64,000 nt of DNA from positions 16,491-80,490 of the forward strand of contig CBFIIW010000003.1 in NCBI GenBank assembly GCA_965662775.1, in the 5' to 3' direction. This stretch comes from Alphaproteobacteria bacterium. Its GTDB lineage: Bacteria > Pseudomonadota > Alphaproteobacteria > UBA7985. A program made the position numbers and the translations under genes. Every line of letters starts with the position of its first letter. The stretch's first letter is position 1. The notes beneath the pieces were generated by a model that was not told the origin of the DNA, ran no database searches, and was given only the letters and a program-made list of their open reading frames with translations. Below, piece by piece: positions 38,501 through 47,081 of this stretch.

Positions 38501-38553
38501 CACGCCGAAGGCTGCGCCTTTCCCCCGCCGTCGTTTCGGGCTAACGAAGGGCT

Positions 38554-39870
38554 ATGACGCCGCAAACACAATCCCCGCTGGACGCCTATGAAAGCGCACT
38601 GGCTGCTGATGAGCTGCGACCGCAAGTCGCTCAGCGCCGCGCGGTCGAAGCGCTCGAAGACCTATACCGTACGTTGTCGCTACCCCCTGCGATCCAGAGG
38701 CGGCGGCGGAATGCGGCTGCGCGGGCGAGACGACAGCAGGCCTTGCGGGCTGCGGGTCAGCAACCGTCAAAGCGGCCGGGGGGGCTGCTGCGCTGGTTAT
38801 CAGATTTACTGACCGGTCAGCGTGCCGACCCAGCAGAAACGCAACGGACAGCCGGTGAAGCGGCAGATGCAGCTTCTTTCGCTCGAAGCCTGTACCTGTT
38901 CGGGCCAGTTGGTCGCGGTAAGACAACGGCCATGGATTTCTTTTATCGGGCGTTGGGTCCAAAGCTGGCACAGCGCCGCCACTTCCATGAATTTATGAGC
39001 GCACTGCACGCTGATATCCATGCTCGGCGGGAGCAGGGCGACGCGCGTGGTGATGCCGCCGCCCGCTTTGCGCGAGCGCAGGCCAAGCGCGCCAAGGTGC
39101 TGTGCTTCGATGAATTCTTTGTTAACAACATTGCGGATGCGACGTTGCTTGGCCGGGTGCTGGCGGTTCTGCTCGATGAGGGTGTGACGGTTGTGACCAC
39201 CTCAAATCAGGCACCAGACGAACTTTACCCCGGAGGTCTGAAGCGGGATTTGTTCTTGCCCACAATCGCACTGATTGAGCGTGAATTCGATGTCATCAAC
39301 CTTGATCACGCACAGGACTACCGACTGACCGGTGTGGCGGATACCGAAGCCTGGCAGCACCCGCTGGATGCCCATTCGGCGCGACTGTTCCGGGGTTTGT
39401 TCGAGCGAGAGGCCGGGCGTCCGGTGGGGGAACCACTGCAATTGAGCCTTTTGGGTCGGAGTTTAGAAGTGCCCGAGGCCGTCGGGAAGACGGCACTGTT
39501 CCGCTTTGCCGATTTGTGTGATGCGCCGCTAGGGCGGGATGACTTCCACTTGCTGGCGCAATCCTTTGACCGTGTGTTCATCGATGAGATCCCGGTGATC
39601 CGTTACGCAAACCGCGAAAGCGGTGAACGATTCCGGGTGCTGATCGACGTGCTCTATGAAGCCGGGACCTGCGTCTTCAGCCGGGCCGAAGAGCCGATCG
39701 GGGAACTGATCCGGCTTGAGGAGCATGAAATGCCGCCCTTTCTTCGTACCCAGTCCCGGTTGGTCGAGATGCAGAACCTCGCCTATCGGCAGGCGAAATC
39801 GTCAGAATCGAAGCAACCGGCACCCTCAAGACCGTCAAGGTCACGTAAGCCTCGCAGCAAGGCGAAATAG
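38554..39870 (+). CDS. zapE: cell division protein ZapE (AFG1-like ATPase)
   Basis: P-loop GPVGRGKT, AFG1 family pattern, Walker B VLCFDEF. Arg-rich insertion near the N-terminus and a Lys/Ser-rich C-terminal tail. Confidence 0.85.
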   Translation: MTPQTQSPLDAYESALAADELRPQVAQRRAVEALEDLYRTLSLPPAIQRRRRNAAARARRQQALRAAGQQPSKRPGGLLRWLSDLLTGQRADPAETQRTAGEAADAASFARSLYLFGPVGRGKTTAMDFFYRALGPKLAQRRHFHEFMSALHADIHARREQGDARGDAAARFARAQAKRAKVLCFDEFFVNNIADATLLGRVLAVLLDEGVTVVTTSNQAPDELYPGGLKRDLFLPTIALIEREFDVINLDHAQDYRLTGVADTEAWQHPLDAHSARLFRGLFEREAGRPVGEPLQLSLLGRSLEVPEAVGKTALFRFADLCDAPLGRDDFHLLAQSFDRVFIDEIPVIRYANRESGERFRVLIDVLYEAGTCVFSRAEEPIGELIRLEEHEMPPFLRTQSRLVEMQNLAYRQAKSSESKQPAPSRPSRSRKPRSKAK

Positions 39871-39890
39871 GCGAGCCCCACTGTATTACA

Positions 39891-40463
39891 TCAGTCGCGA
39901 GAGGCTCCGGGCACCCAAAGAACGTCAGACGTGCCGTCGTCGTTGCAAATCCGTGCGAGGACGAACATCAGATCCGATAGTCGGTTCAGGTAACGGATGG
40001 CCTCGGGGTTGATATCAACCTTGTCGCCCAATTCGACGGTCAGCCGCTCGGCGCGGCGAACCACTGTCCGGCTGAGGTGAAATTGTGTGGCTGCTGCGCT
40101 TCCTCCAGGCAGAATGAATGAAGTCAGCGGTTGCAGCCGCGCGTTGTAGTTGTCGATGTCGGTTTCGAGCTTTTCAACCTGCCCCTCGGTCATCCGCAGC
40201 GGCTCGTAGGAGAGTTCAGCATCCAGCGGCGTCGCTAAATCTGCGCCCAAATCGAACATGTCATTTTGGACCCGAGCGATGATCCGATCGATGTCGGGCC
40301 AGGGGTCGAGCGTCAAACGCACCATGCCAAGCACGGCGTTCGCTTCATCAACGGTGCCGTAAGCTTCGACCCGCAGGTCGTATTTGGCAACCCGAGTTCC
40401 TGTCGACAGGCTGGTTTTGCCCTTGTCGCCGCCCTTCGTATAAATACGCGTCAGCTCAACCAC
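39891..40463 (-). CDS. ATP:cob(I)alamin adenosyltransferase, PduO-type
   Basis: Family motif LTRIYTKGGDKGKTSL and length ~190 aa. A GTG start at 40463 lies 2 bp after the stop of the upstream small membrane-protein gene. The longer ORF-track start at 40529 overlaps that gene. Confidence 0.8.
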   Translation of the reverse strand: MVELTRIYTKGGDKGKTSLSTGTRVAKYDLRVEAYGTVDEANAVLGMVRLTLDPWPDIDRIIARVQNDMFDLGADLATPLDAELSYEPLRMTEGQVEKLETDIDNYNARLQPLTSFILPGGSAAATQFHLSRTVVRRAERLTVELGDKVDINPEAIRYLNRLSDLMFVLARICNDDGTSDVLWVPGASRD

Positions 40464-40465
40464 GG

Positions 40466-40669
40466 TCAGTTGCCGATCCCACCGGTGAAAAATAGCAGCA
40501 GCAGCGAGATCACGGTTCCGGCCTGACACACTGTCCGGGCCCGCATCAGCAGATTACCGTACTTGTCGTTGAAGATGCCGCCACGGCCCATTGCAAAGGC
40601 CCCGACCAGCATGGAGACCAGTGTTCCGATCAGGAAGACACCGGTTAAAATCAAAAATATTGTGTTCAT
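40466..40669 (-). CDS. small two-TM membrane protein (67 aa)
   Basis: Two hydrophobic helices (IFLILTGVFLIGTLVSMLVGAF and AGTVISLLLLFFTGGI). Translationally coupled to the PduO-type gene. Confidence 0.5.
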   Translation of the reverse strand: MNTIFLILTGVFLIGTLVSMLVGAFAMGRGGIFNDKYGNLLMRARTVCQAGTVISLLLLFFTGGIGN

Positions 40670-40810
40670 GACAACTCAAGTGGTGTGTGCAGTCGTAAAG
40701 TCAGCCGCTGGCAGAAAAGAAAGTCGAAAGCTGCGGCAATCGACCCCGTAACCGAGACCTACTTCCCGGTTTTTGCGACAGGGAGAAGGGTTTTTGTGCT
40801 TCCCGTCGGG

Positions 40811-41464
40811 TTACTGACCGACCGGAATTAGAGTGAAACTGTCGTAGTGGTCGACCGTGATCCATATTGCACTATCGTCGGTCCGGGCGCGGTCATAAAC
40901 GATGCGCGCTGCGCCGCGAAAGCCTTGGACATAATCAAGATCTGCGACCGCGTAGCTGTTTGCGGGCCGAGCGGGGAGTAAGCCTTCGCGGTTGCCGAAG
41001 ATATCCCCCCCCACTGCGCCGTCGGGGTCGATATCATCGATTGTTTGCCCCGATGATTTCCAGCCTAAATCTCGGGCTTGTGCCTTGGTCATGTAACAGT
41101 CAGGCAATCGCCCTTCACGCTGCAGAAAGGTGGTGACTTGCGCGAAGGCGTAGGGGAAATCTAGCCCTTGGGCCAGTCCGAAGGCAGTGCGAGCCTCGAC
41201 CACCGGGCCGCCTATTTCAAGATCGTGACCGCAGACCTCGGCTGCGGCTGCGGCCTCCTCGAAGCGGGTGAGATCAGTCTCCGTCAAGGCGAGCGTTGCT
41301 TGACGACCGGTATCCTGTGGCAGAAAGGCTGGCAGCAGAACAAACAGCACAAAGCCAAAAACCGCCGCCAGCAGCGCAGCGCCACCGGCTAAGCTGACCA
41401 GTCGATGCGGCAAGGGTCGGTTCAACATCTGGCGGTTCTCCTCTGGCACAATCCGTGGTTTCAT
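40811..41464 (-). CDS. barnase-family (microbial RNase N1/T1/Sa superfamily) ribonuclease with an N-terminal membrane anchor or signal peptide
   Basis: The C-terminal ~110 aa align to Bacillus barnase: AQVTTFLQREGRLPDCYMTKAQARDLGW vs AQVINTFDGVADYLQTYHKLPDNYITKSEAQALGW, and GGDIFGNREGLLP...YVQGFRGAARIVYDRA...ITVDHYDSFTLI vs GGDIFSNREGKLP...YTSGFRNSDRILYSSD...KTTDHYQTFTKI. All the catalytic residues (Lys27, Glu73, Arg83, Arg87, His102) are conserved. The N-terminus has a hydrophobic helix LAGGAALLAAVFGFVLFVLLPAF. Confidence 0.8.
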   Translation of the reverse strand: MKPRIVPEENRQMLNRPLPHRLVSLAGGAALLAAVFGFVLFVLLPAFLPQDTGRQATLALTETDLTRFEEAAAAAEVCGHDLEIGGPVVEARTAFGLAQGLDFPYAFAQVTTFLQREGRLPDCYMTKAQARDLGWKSSGQTIDDIDPDGAVGGDIFGNREGLLPARPANSYAVADLDYVQGFRGAARIVYDRARTDDSAIWITVDHYDSFTLIPVGQ

Positions 41465-41543
41465 TTACGGCATCAGGGCGATGGGGCGCTCTGCAGCTTT
41501 GCGGATCATGCCCTGGTGCCTGCGTTTGTATCGGATGCGCATC

Positions 41544-42782
41544 ATGGATCAACTGCCTGTTTCACCGCTCAAGCCTGCTGACATGCCGGCGCTTCCTGTC
41601 CTGTCGGGATTACGGGTTGCGACCGGAAATTCCGGCACGCGGTACCAGGGACGGAACGATGTCACCCTGTTTGTACTGCCGGAAAATACGGCTGTGGCTG
41701 GGGTTTTCACCCGATCAAAATGCCCAAGCGCGCCCGTGGACTGGTGTCGCAGCGTGTTGAAAGGCGAAGCTGGCGCTCAGGGTGCCCGAGCGTTGCTCAT
41801 CAATGCGGGTAACGCCAATGCCTTTACCGGTGCGGTCGGTGCACATGCTTGCACGCATACGGCCGGGGCAGTGGCTCAGGTGTTGGGCTGCAAGCCCGAA
41901 GCCGTTCTGCTGTCCTCCACCGGCGTGATTGGCGAGCCGCTGGAGGCTGAGGCCATCGCCGCGGCGGCACAGCAACTCGCCAAGGTAGCCACTCCTGCGC
42001 CGCTAGAAGCGGCCGCTGCCGCCATCGCGACCACCGATACGTTTGCCAAGTGGGCGCGGTCCGAAGCCAGTTGCGCCGACGGGGCAACCGTGTCTGTGGT
42101 GGGCATTGCCAAAGGCTCGGGCATGATCGCGCCGGATATGGCGACCATGCTTGGCTACGTGTTCGTTGATGCTACGCTTGAAACTGCCTGGCTGCAGGCT
42201 GTGCTGAGTCGAGTCACCGACCAGACCTTTAACGCCATGACCGTCGATAGTGATACTTCGACCAGCGACACAGTGCTGGCTTTCGGTCTCGGCAGCGGCA
42301 GGTCCGTTGGACCGTCGGCCGATCTCGACGCCATTGAAGCTGCCATTTTCAGCGTCTGTGACCAGCTTGCGGAGCAGATTGCGCGTGATGGCGAAGGAGC
42401 CAGCAAGTTGATTACCATCACTGTCGAAGGGGCGGACAGTGACGCTGCAGCGCGGGTGATCGGGCTGTCCATTGCCAATTCACCGCTGGTCAAGACCGCC
42501 ATTGCCGGTGAAGACGCCAACTGGGGCCGCGTGGTTATGGCAGTCGGCAAGGCTGGGGAAGCCGCAGACCGTGACCAGCTCGCCATCTGGTTCGGTCCGC
42601 ATCAGGTTGCCCGCAACGGTCTGCGTGATCCGGGTTACAGCGAAGATGCAGTCTCCGCTTACATGACAGCCGATGAAATCGATGTCCGCGTCGCACTCGG
42701 CCTAGGAAGCGGACAGGCGCGGGTGCGCACCTGCGACCTGACCCATGGTTACATCAGTATCAATGCGGACTATCGGTCATGA
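41544..42782 (+). CDS. argJ: bifunctional ornithine acetyltransferase/N-acetylglutamate synthase ArgJ
   Basis: ArgJ pattern including the autoproteolytic ATML site (MIAPDMATMLGYV). The start is taken at MDQLPVS. Confidence 0.9.
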   Translation: MDQLPVSPLKPADMPALPVLSGLRVATGNSGTRYQGRNDVTLFVLPENTAVAGVFTRSKCPSAPVDWCRSVLKGEAGAQGARALLINAGNANAFTGAVGAHACTHTAGAVAQVLGCKPEAVLLSSTGVIGEPLEAEAIAAAAQQLAKVATPAPLEAAAAAIATTDTFAKWARSEASCADGATVSVVGIAKGSGMIAPDMATMLGYVFVDATLETAWLQAVLSRVTDQTFNAMTVDSDTSTSDTVLAFGLGSGRSVGPSADLDAIEAAIFSVCDQLAEQIARDGEGASKLITITVEGADSDAAARVIGLSIANSPLVKTAIAGEDANWGRVVMAVGKAGEAADRDQLAIWFGPHQVARNGLRDPGYSEDAVSAYMTADEIDVRVALGLGSGQARVRTCDLTHGYISINADYRS

Positions 42783-43804
42783 CGCTAGTGGGCTGTGGAT
42801 GGTTCCCCAAAGACCGCGGGCTTGCATCCTTCCATACGCCTAACTTGCGGCTTGAACCCTTTGCCGCTGCGCACGTCGATTTCGTCCAGAATGCCGCAGC
42901 GAAGTGGGAAGTCGCGCGTTGGTTGTCCCGGGTGCCACATCCCTATCCCGAAGGCGGAGCTTCGGACTTCCTGGCCCAAGTGCAGTCCGAGTTCGACGCC
43001 TGCAAGCATCTGAACTGGATTGTGTCTGATCGAGATAGTGGGGCACCGCTTGGTCTGATTGGTCTGCGCTGCATCGAACACGAGCAGGGAACGCCGTGGG
43101 AACTGGGTTACTGGTACACGCCGTCGGCCTGGGGGCGTGGGGTGGCCACCGAAGCTGCTTTTCATGTCCTGACTTTTGCGTTTCGTTTCATGGCGCTGGA
43201 GGTCGTCTCCACCGCCGTTCTGAACGGAAACCATGCCTCCCGCCGCGTACTGGAAAAGGTTGGCTTTGACGACTGGTCTGAAAGCACGATCGAGACGGCG
43301 CACAGCCAGCGCCAGCCCCACTACGTTGCACAGATGACGGCCGCTGATTTTGAGGCGTTTGTGTTCTCTGGTGGCTGCACCTTCCAGCCTCAGATTGAAC
43401 GCGCCGTGCCCGTGGTCTGGGTCGCGGCTGCGGCGCTATTTGACGCCGCCGACCGCGTACTGGTTGCTCAGCGGCCGGTCGGAAAGGCGTTAGCCGGCTT
43501 ATGGGAATTTCCCGGCGGGAAGATCGAGCCGCTTGAATCGCCCGAAGCCGCGCTGATCCGCGAGTTGAAGGAAGAGTTGGCGATTGACGTAGGGGAGGGC
43601 TGTCTGGCGCCCTTGACCTTCGCCAGCCATGCGTACCCAACCTTTCACCTAATGATGCCGCTCTACGCCATCAACAAGTGGCAGGGCGAGCCCCGGGGGC
43701 AGGAGGGGCAAGCCCTGCAATGGGTGACCAAGGCCGAGTTGCGCACCCTGCCCATGCCACCGGCTGATGCACCGCTGTTGCCGGCGGTGCTGGATTGGAT
43801 GTAG
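42779..43804 (+). CDS. mutT: GNAT N-acetyltransferase (RimJ/RimL-like) fused to a NUDIX hydrolase (MutT-like)
   Basis: The N-terminal ~170 aa form a GNAT fold (motif A region GLIGLRCIEHEQG...GRGVATEA). The C-terminal ~130 aa carry the Nudix box GGKIEPLESPEAALIRELKEELAI. It is one continuous ORF overlapping the argJ stop. Confidence 0.75.
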   Translation: MTLVGCGWFPKDRGLASFHTPNLRLEPFAAAHVDFVQNAAAKWEVARWLSRVPHPYPEGGASDFLAQVQSEFDACKHLNWIVSDRDSGAPLGLIGLRCIEHEQGTPWELGYWYTPSAWGRGVATEAAFHVLTFAFRFMALEVVSTAVLNGNHASRRVLEKVGFDDWSESTIETAHSQRQPHYVAQMTAADFEAFVFSGGCTFQPQIERAVPVVWVAAAALFDAADRVLVAQRPVGKALAGLWEFPGGKIEPLESPEAALIRELKEELAIDVGEGCLAPLTFASHAYPTFHLMMPLYAINKWQGEPRGQEGQALQWVTKAELRTLPMPPADAPLLPAVLDWM

Positions 43805-43829
43805 AGCCCGTTTGGCAGCACGGCGGCGG

Positions 43830-44618
43830 CTAGTAGGAAGAGGTATCGATCTTTGCCGCCCCGCCTTTGATCTCGGCAACAATGGCAGTCGCGGCATTGC
43901 GCAGGATCCCGGCGTCGGACTGCACAGTCACAAATTGGAAGCCCATTTCGATCATCCGCACGGCATATGCTGCTGTGCCGTTGTGCAAGCCGACGGGCTT
44001 ACCAGCCGCGCGGCAGGCGGCAATGATCTTCTCGAACGCCTTTACCACCACCTCGTTCTCCGTATCCAGCCGGGGGCGTTGCCCAAGCGCATTGGCAAGA
44101 TCGTTAGGCCCAACATAGATGGCGTCTATCCCCTCGGTGCCAACGATTTCCTCTACCCGATCCAGACCTTCCGCGGTTTCCACCATCGCCATGCGGATAA
44201 TTTCATCGTTGGCCTTGTCGGTATAATCGCTGCCGCCGTAGATCGACGCGCGAATGGGGCCAAAGGACCGGGTGCCCAGTGGTGGGTAGGACGCGAAATG
44301 CACGAACTGACGAGCGTCCTCTCTGTTGTTGATCATGGGGCAGATTACGCCGTAAGCGCCGGCGTCCAGCACCTTCATGATTATCCCGGCATCAAGCCAT
44401 GGTACGCGCACAAACGGTACGACGTCGGTGGTTGAGATCGCCTGGAACTGAGAGACCGCAATCTGATAGTCCATCAGTCCGTGCTGCATATCGACCGTGA
44501 TGCTGTCCCAGCCGCAATGCGCCATTACCTCGGCGGTAAAGGCTGCGGGCGTGGCGAGCCAGCCGTTTGCGACCACCCCGCCGGATTTCCAGATTTCCCG
44601 AATTTTGTTCGGCCGCAT
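43830..44618 (-). CDS. HpcH/HpaI aldolase family protein (2-keto-3-deoxy-sugar-acid aldolase-like)
   Basis: HpcH_HpaI pattern (VRVPWLDAGIIMKVLDAGAYGVICPMI, MVETAEGL, YVGPNDLA). The start is at MRPNKIRE. Confidence 0.8.
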   Translation of the reverse strand: MRPNKIREIWKSGGVVANGWLATPAAFTAEVMAHCGWDSITVDMQHGLMDYQIAVSQFQAISTTDVVPFVRVPWLDAGIIMKVLDAGAYGVICPMINNREDARQFVHFASYPPLGTRSFGPIRASIYGGSDYTDKANDEIIRMAMVETAEGLDRVEEIVGTEGIDAIYVGPNDLANALGQRPRLDTENEVVVKAFEKIIAACRAAGKPVGLHNGTAAYAVRMIEMGFQFVTVQSDAGILRNAATAIVAEIKGGAAKIDTSSY

Positions 44619-44777
44619 GCGCTTGTCCTCCTGCACCTGTTCGTGCGGGAGTTTAGCCCGCCGGCGTCGCTTGTCGATCATCCTCAGCAGTCCGGACTTG
44701 CTTTTTTTGACCTAGGATTGGTAGGAGCCGACCCCTACAAAGGCTGGAACAGGAATATCAGGCGACAACAGGCAAGC

Positions 44778-45548
44778 ATGACGGTGAAAACCGCTTATCG
44801 CACTGTGTTCATTTCGGACACGCATCTGGGCATGACAGGGGTTCGCAGCGAGACGCTGCTGGCCTTTCTGCATGGCTTGTCATGTGAGACGCTATATCTG
44901 GTCGGCGATATCATCGATGGCTGGGCGCTCCAGCGACACTGGGTCTGGACAGATACTGACGATGCGGTGCTGGATGCGATCTTTGCGCAGGTTAAGGCAG
45001 GCACGCGCGTGGTCTATATCCCCGGTAATCACGATGACATGGTGCGCGACATACTATCTGTGGAGCGCTTCGGGGGGGTCGAGCTACGACTCAGTGATAT
45101 CCTGATCCTTGCCGATGGTCGTCGATTTTATGTCACCCATGGCGATCAGTTCGACGTGGTAACAAACAATATGACCTGGTTGTCGAAGTTCGGGCACCTG
45201 ATCTACGAGTACTACACTGCTGGCATGCGGCAGGTTGCGCGCCTGCCTGGGTTAGGATGGGCGAACAATCTCCCTGCTCATGCCAAGAGCCTTTCCAAGC
45301 GGATCTTCCAGCCACAGGGTGCCTTTGAGCGCGGTTTGCAGCGGGAAGCCGGAGAGCGCAACGCCGTTGGCGCGATTGCAGGGCACATTCACCGCCCTGC
45401 GCTAAACACAAAAGACGGCTTTACCTATGCCAACTGCGGCGACTGGGTCGAGTCCTGTACGGCGCTGGTAGAAGACCCCGCAGGGCACTTAAGCCTGCTT
45501 TACTGGTCTGACGAGGGCTTAATTGAAACAAGGGAGCATGTCAGCTGA
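44778..45548 (+). CDS. LpxH-family calcineurin-like metallophosphoesterase (UDP-2,3-diacylglucosamine diphosphatase-like, LpxH2-type)
   Basis: Metallophos motifs FISDTHLG, YLVGDIIDGW, GNHD, GHIHRP, which match the LpxH signature arrangement. The stop overlaps the start of the downstream glycosyltransferase. Confidence 0.75.
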   Translation: MTVKTAYRTVFISDTHLGMTGVRSETLLAFLHGLSCETLYLVGDIIDGWALQRHWVWTDTDDAVLDAIFAQVKAGTRVVYIPGNHDDMVRDILSVERFGGVELRLSDILILADGRRFYVTHGDQFDVVTNNMTWLSKFGHLIYEYYTAGMRQVARLPGLGWANNLPAHAKSLSKRIFQPQGAFERGLQREAGERNAVGAIAGHIHRPALNTKDGFTYANCGDWVESCTALVEDPAGHLSLLYWSDEGLIETREHVS

Positions 45549-46591
45549 TGCATATTCTTCTGGTAAGCGATGCTTGGCATCCGCAGATCAACGGTGTGGT
45601 ACGGACGCTCGACACCACCCGGGGGATCGTCGAGCAAAAGGGTCATACCTTCAGCCGGATCACCCCTGATCAATTCCAGATCAACATGCCGATGCCGATG
45701 TACAAGGAAATCGGACTGGCGTTGTTCTGGCCCGGTGAGGTGAGCCGTCGGATCAAGGCCATTATCCAGGAGAAGGGCGCCATCGACGCCATCCACGTTG
45801 CGACCGAAGGCCCGCTGGGCATGGCGGCGCGCTCGTTCTGTCAGCGCAATAAGATCCCCTTCACCACGTCTTTTCACACCAAGCTTGCCGAGTACATCAA
45901 CGAACGCACGGGGCTTCCCGCGCGCTGGCTTTGGCGTTGGCTGGAGTGGTTTCATCGCCCGGCTCAACGAGTTCTTGTCACCAATCAGGGAATGGCGGAC
46001 GAGTTGGCTGAATTTGGCATCAAGCACACACACCTTTGGCCGCGTGGTGTTGATCTGGAATTATTCCATCCGTCAAAGAAGCCCTCTCAGCACGTGCAAG
46101 GCCTGCAGCGTCCAGTCTTTGCATACGTCGGCCGGGTTGCAGTCGAGAAAAATATCGAATCCTTTCTGAAGCTGGATTTGCCGGGGACGAAGATGATCGT
46201 TGGCTCTGGTCCTTCCTATGGTTCACTGAAGGCTAAATATACCGACGCTGTCTTTACTGGCCCGCTGCACGGGGACGTGCTGGCCGCGGCCTATGCGGAC
46301 GCTGACGTGTTTGTCTTCCCCTCGAAGACTGATACTTTCGGGCTCGTACTGCTCGAAGCCTGCGCGGCCGGAACGCCGGTCGCTGCCTTCCCTGTGACGG
46401 GGCCGAAAGACGTCATCACCGATCCGAATGTCGGTACGTTGAGCGAAGATTTACAGGCGGCCTGTCTCACGTCGCTTGAGTTGTCCTCAACAGCGGCCCG
46501 GACCTATGCAGAACGCTTTTCGTGGGATGCTGCGACGCAGACTTTCCTCGATGCGCTAGAGCGGACTTCGGTGACCGGCCACGAGGACTGA
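45548..46591 (+). CDS. glycosyltransferase family 4 (GT-B fold)
   Basis: N-terminal MHILLVSDAWHPQINGV and C-terminal GT1/GT4 EX7E-like region (FVFPSKTDTFGLVLLEACAAGTPV). Confidence 0.85.
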   Translation: MHILLVSDAWHPQINGVVRTLDTTRGIVEQKGHTFSRITPDQFQINMPMPMYKEIGLALFWPGEVSRRIKAIIQEKGAIDAIHVATEGPLGMAARSFCQRNKIPFTTSFHTKLAEYINERTGLPARWLWRWLEWFHRPAQRVLVTNQGMADELAEFGIKHTHLWPRGVDLELFHPSKKPSQHVQGLQRPVFAYVGRVAVEKNIESFLKLDLPGTKMIVGSGPSYGSLKAKYTDAVFTGPLHGDVLAAAYADADVFVFPSKTDTFGLVLLEACAAGTPVAAFPVTGPKDVITDPNVGTLSEDLQAACLTSLELSSTAARTYAERFSWDAATQTFLDALERTSVTGHED

Positions 46592-46705
46592 TGGTTACAT
46601 TACCGCTGCCGGTCTGACTGACGGGCGGTGGATCGTCAGCCCGTCAGTCCTTCAGTTTATTCGGCTTTCGGTTGAGCGGTTGGGTTTCATCCATTTTCGG
46701 ATGCG

Positions 46706-46972
46706 CTAGCCTAATAGAATGGTTCGCCGGTCCATGCGATGAGCGACTTCAGCGATTTCGTAACGCACCTGAGCATTGCCCGTGGACTGGAACGACAGCG
46801 CGCGCCATTTGCTCATAGCTTCATCGTGGGACCGGAAGGGTCCATGGATCTGGTTAGATCGAGTCAGGACCTCCTCAAACGAGGTATCGGTGAATTCACC
46901 ACCGATGACGTAGAAGAACGTCTTGTCCGCTTGAGCCTCGGGTTGAGGCCGGTTCGCAGCGGGTGCTTGCAT
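46706..46972 (-). CDS. small conserved hypothetical protein (DUF4170-like)
   Basis: 88 aa, with an FYVIGGEFTDTSF motif that I recall as DUF4170-like. It is convergent with aceA. Confidence 0.45.
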   Translation of the reverse strand: MQAPAANRPQPEAQADKTFFYVIGGEFTDTSFEEVLTRSNQIHGPFRSHDEAMSKWRALSFQSTGNAQVRYEIAEVAHRMDRRTILLG

Positions 46973-47081
46973 GGTCGGGTCTCCAGTACTCTTGTGGTGG
47001 GGCCTTAAGCCCGATCCCGAAGGACCGGGCAGAACGAGGCGGGGTGGGATCGATTAGGTTTGCTGTTGTTTTCGTTTGGGA

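Noticed and set aside
41168-41392. 74-aa plus-strand ORF inside the barnase-like gene, considered as a possible barstar
   Set aside because: It is antisense to the RNase CDS and is Gln/Arg/Lys-rich with no similarity to barstar's acidic helical fold, so it is a shadow ORF.
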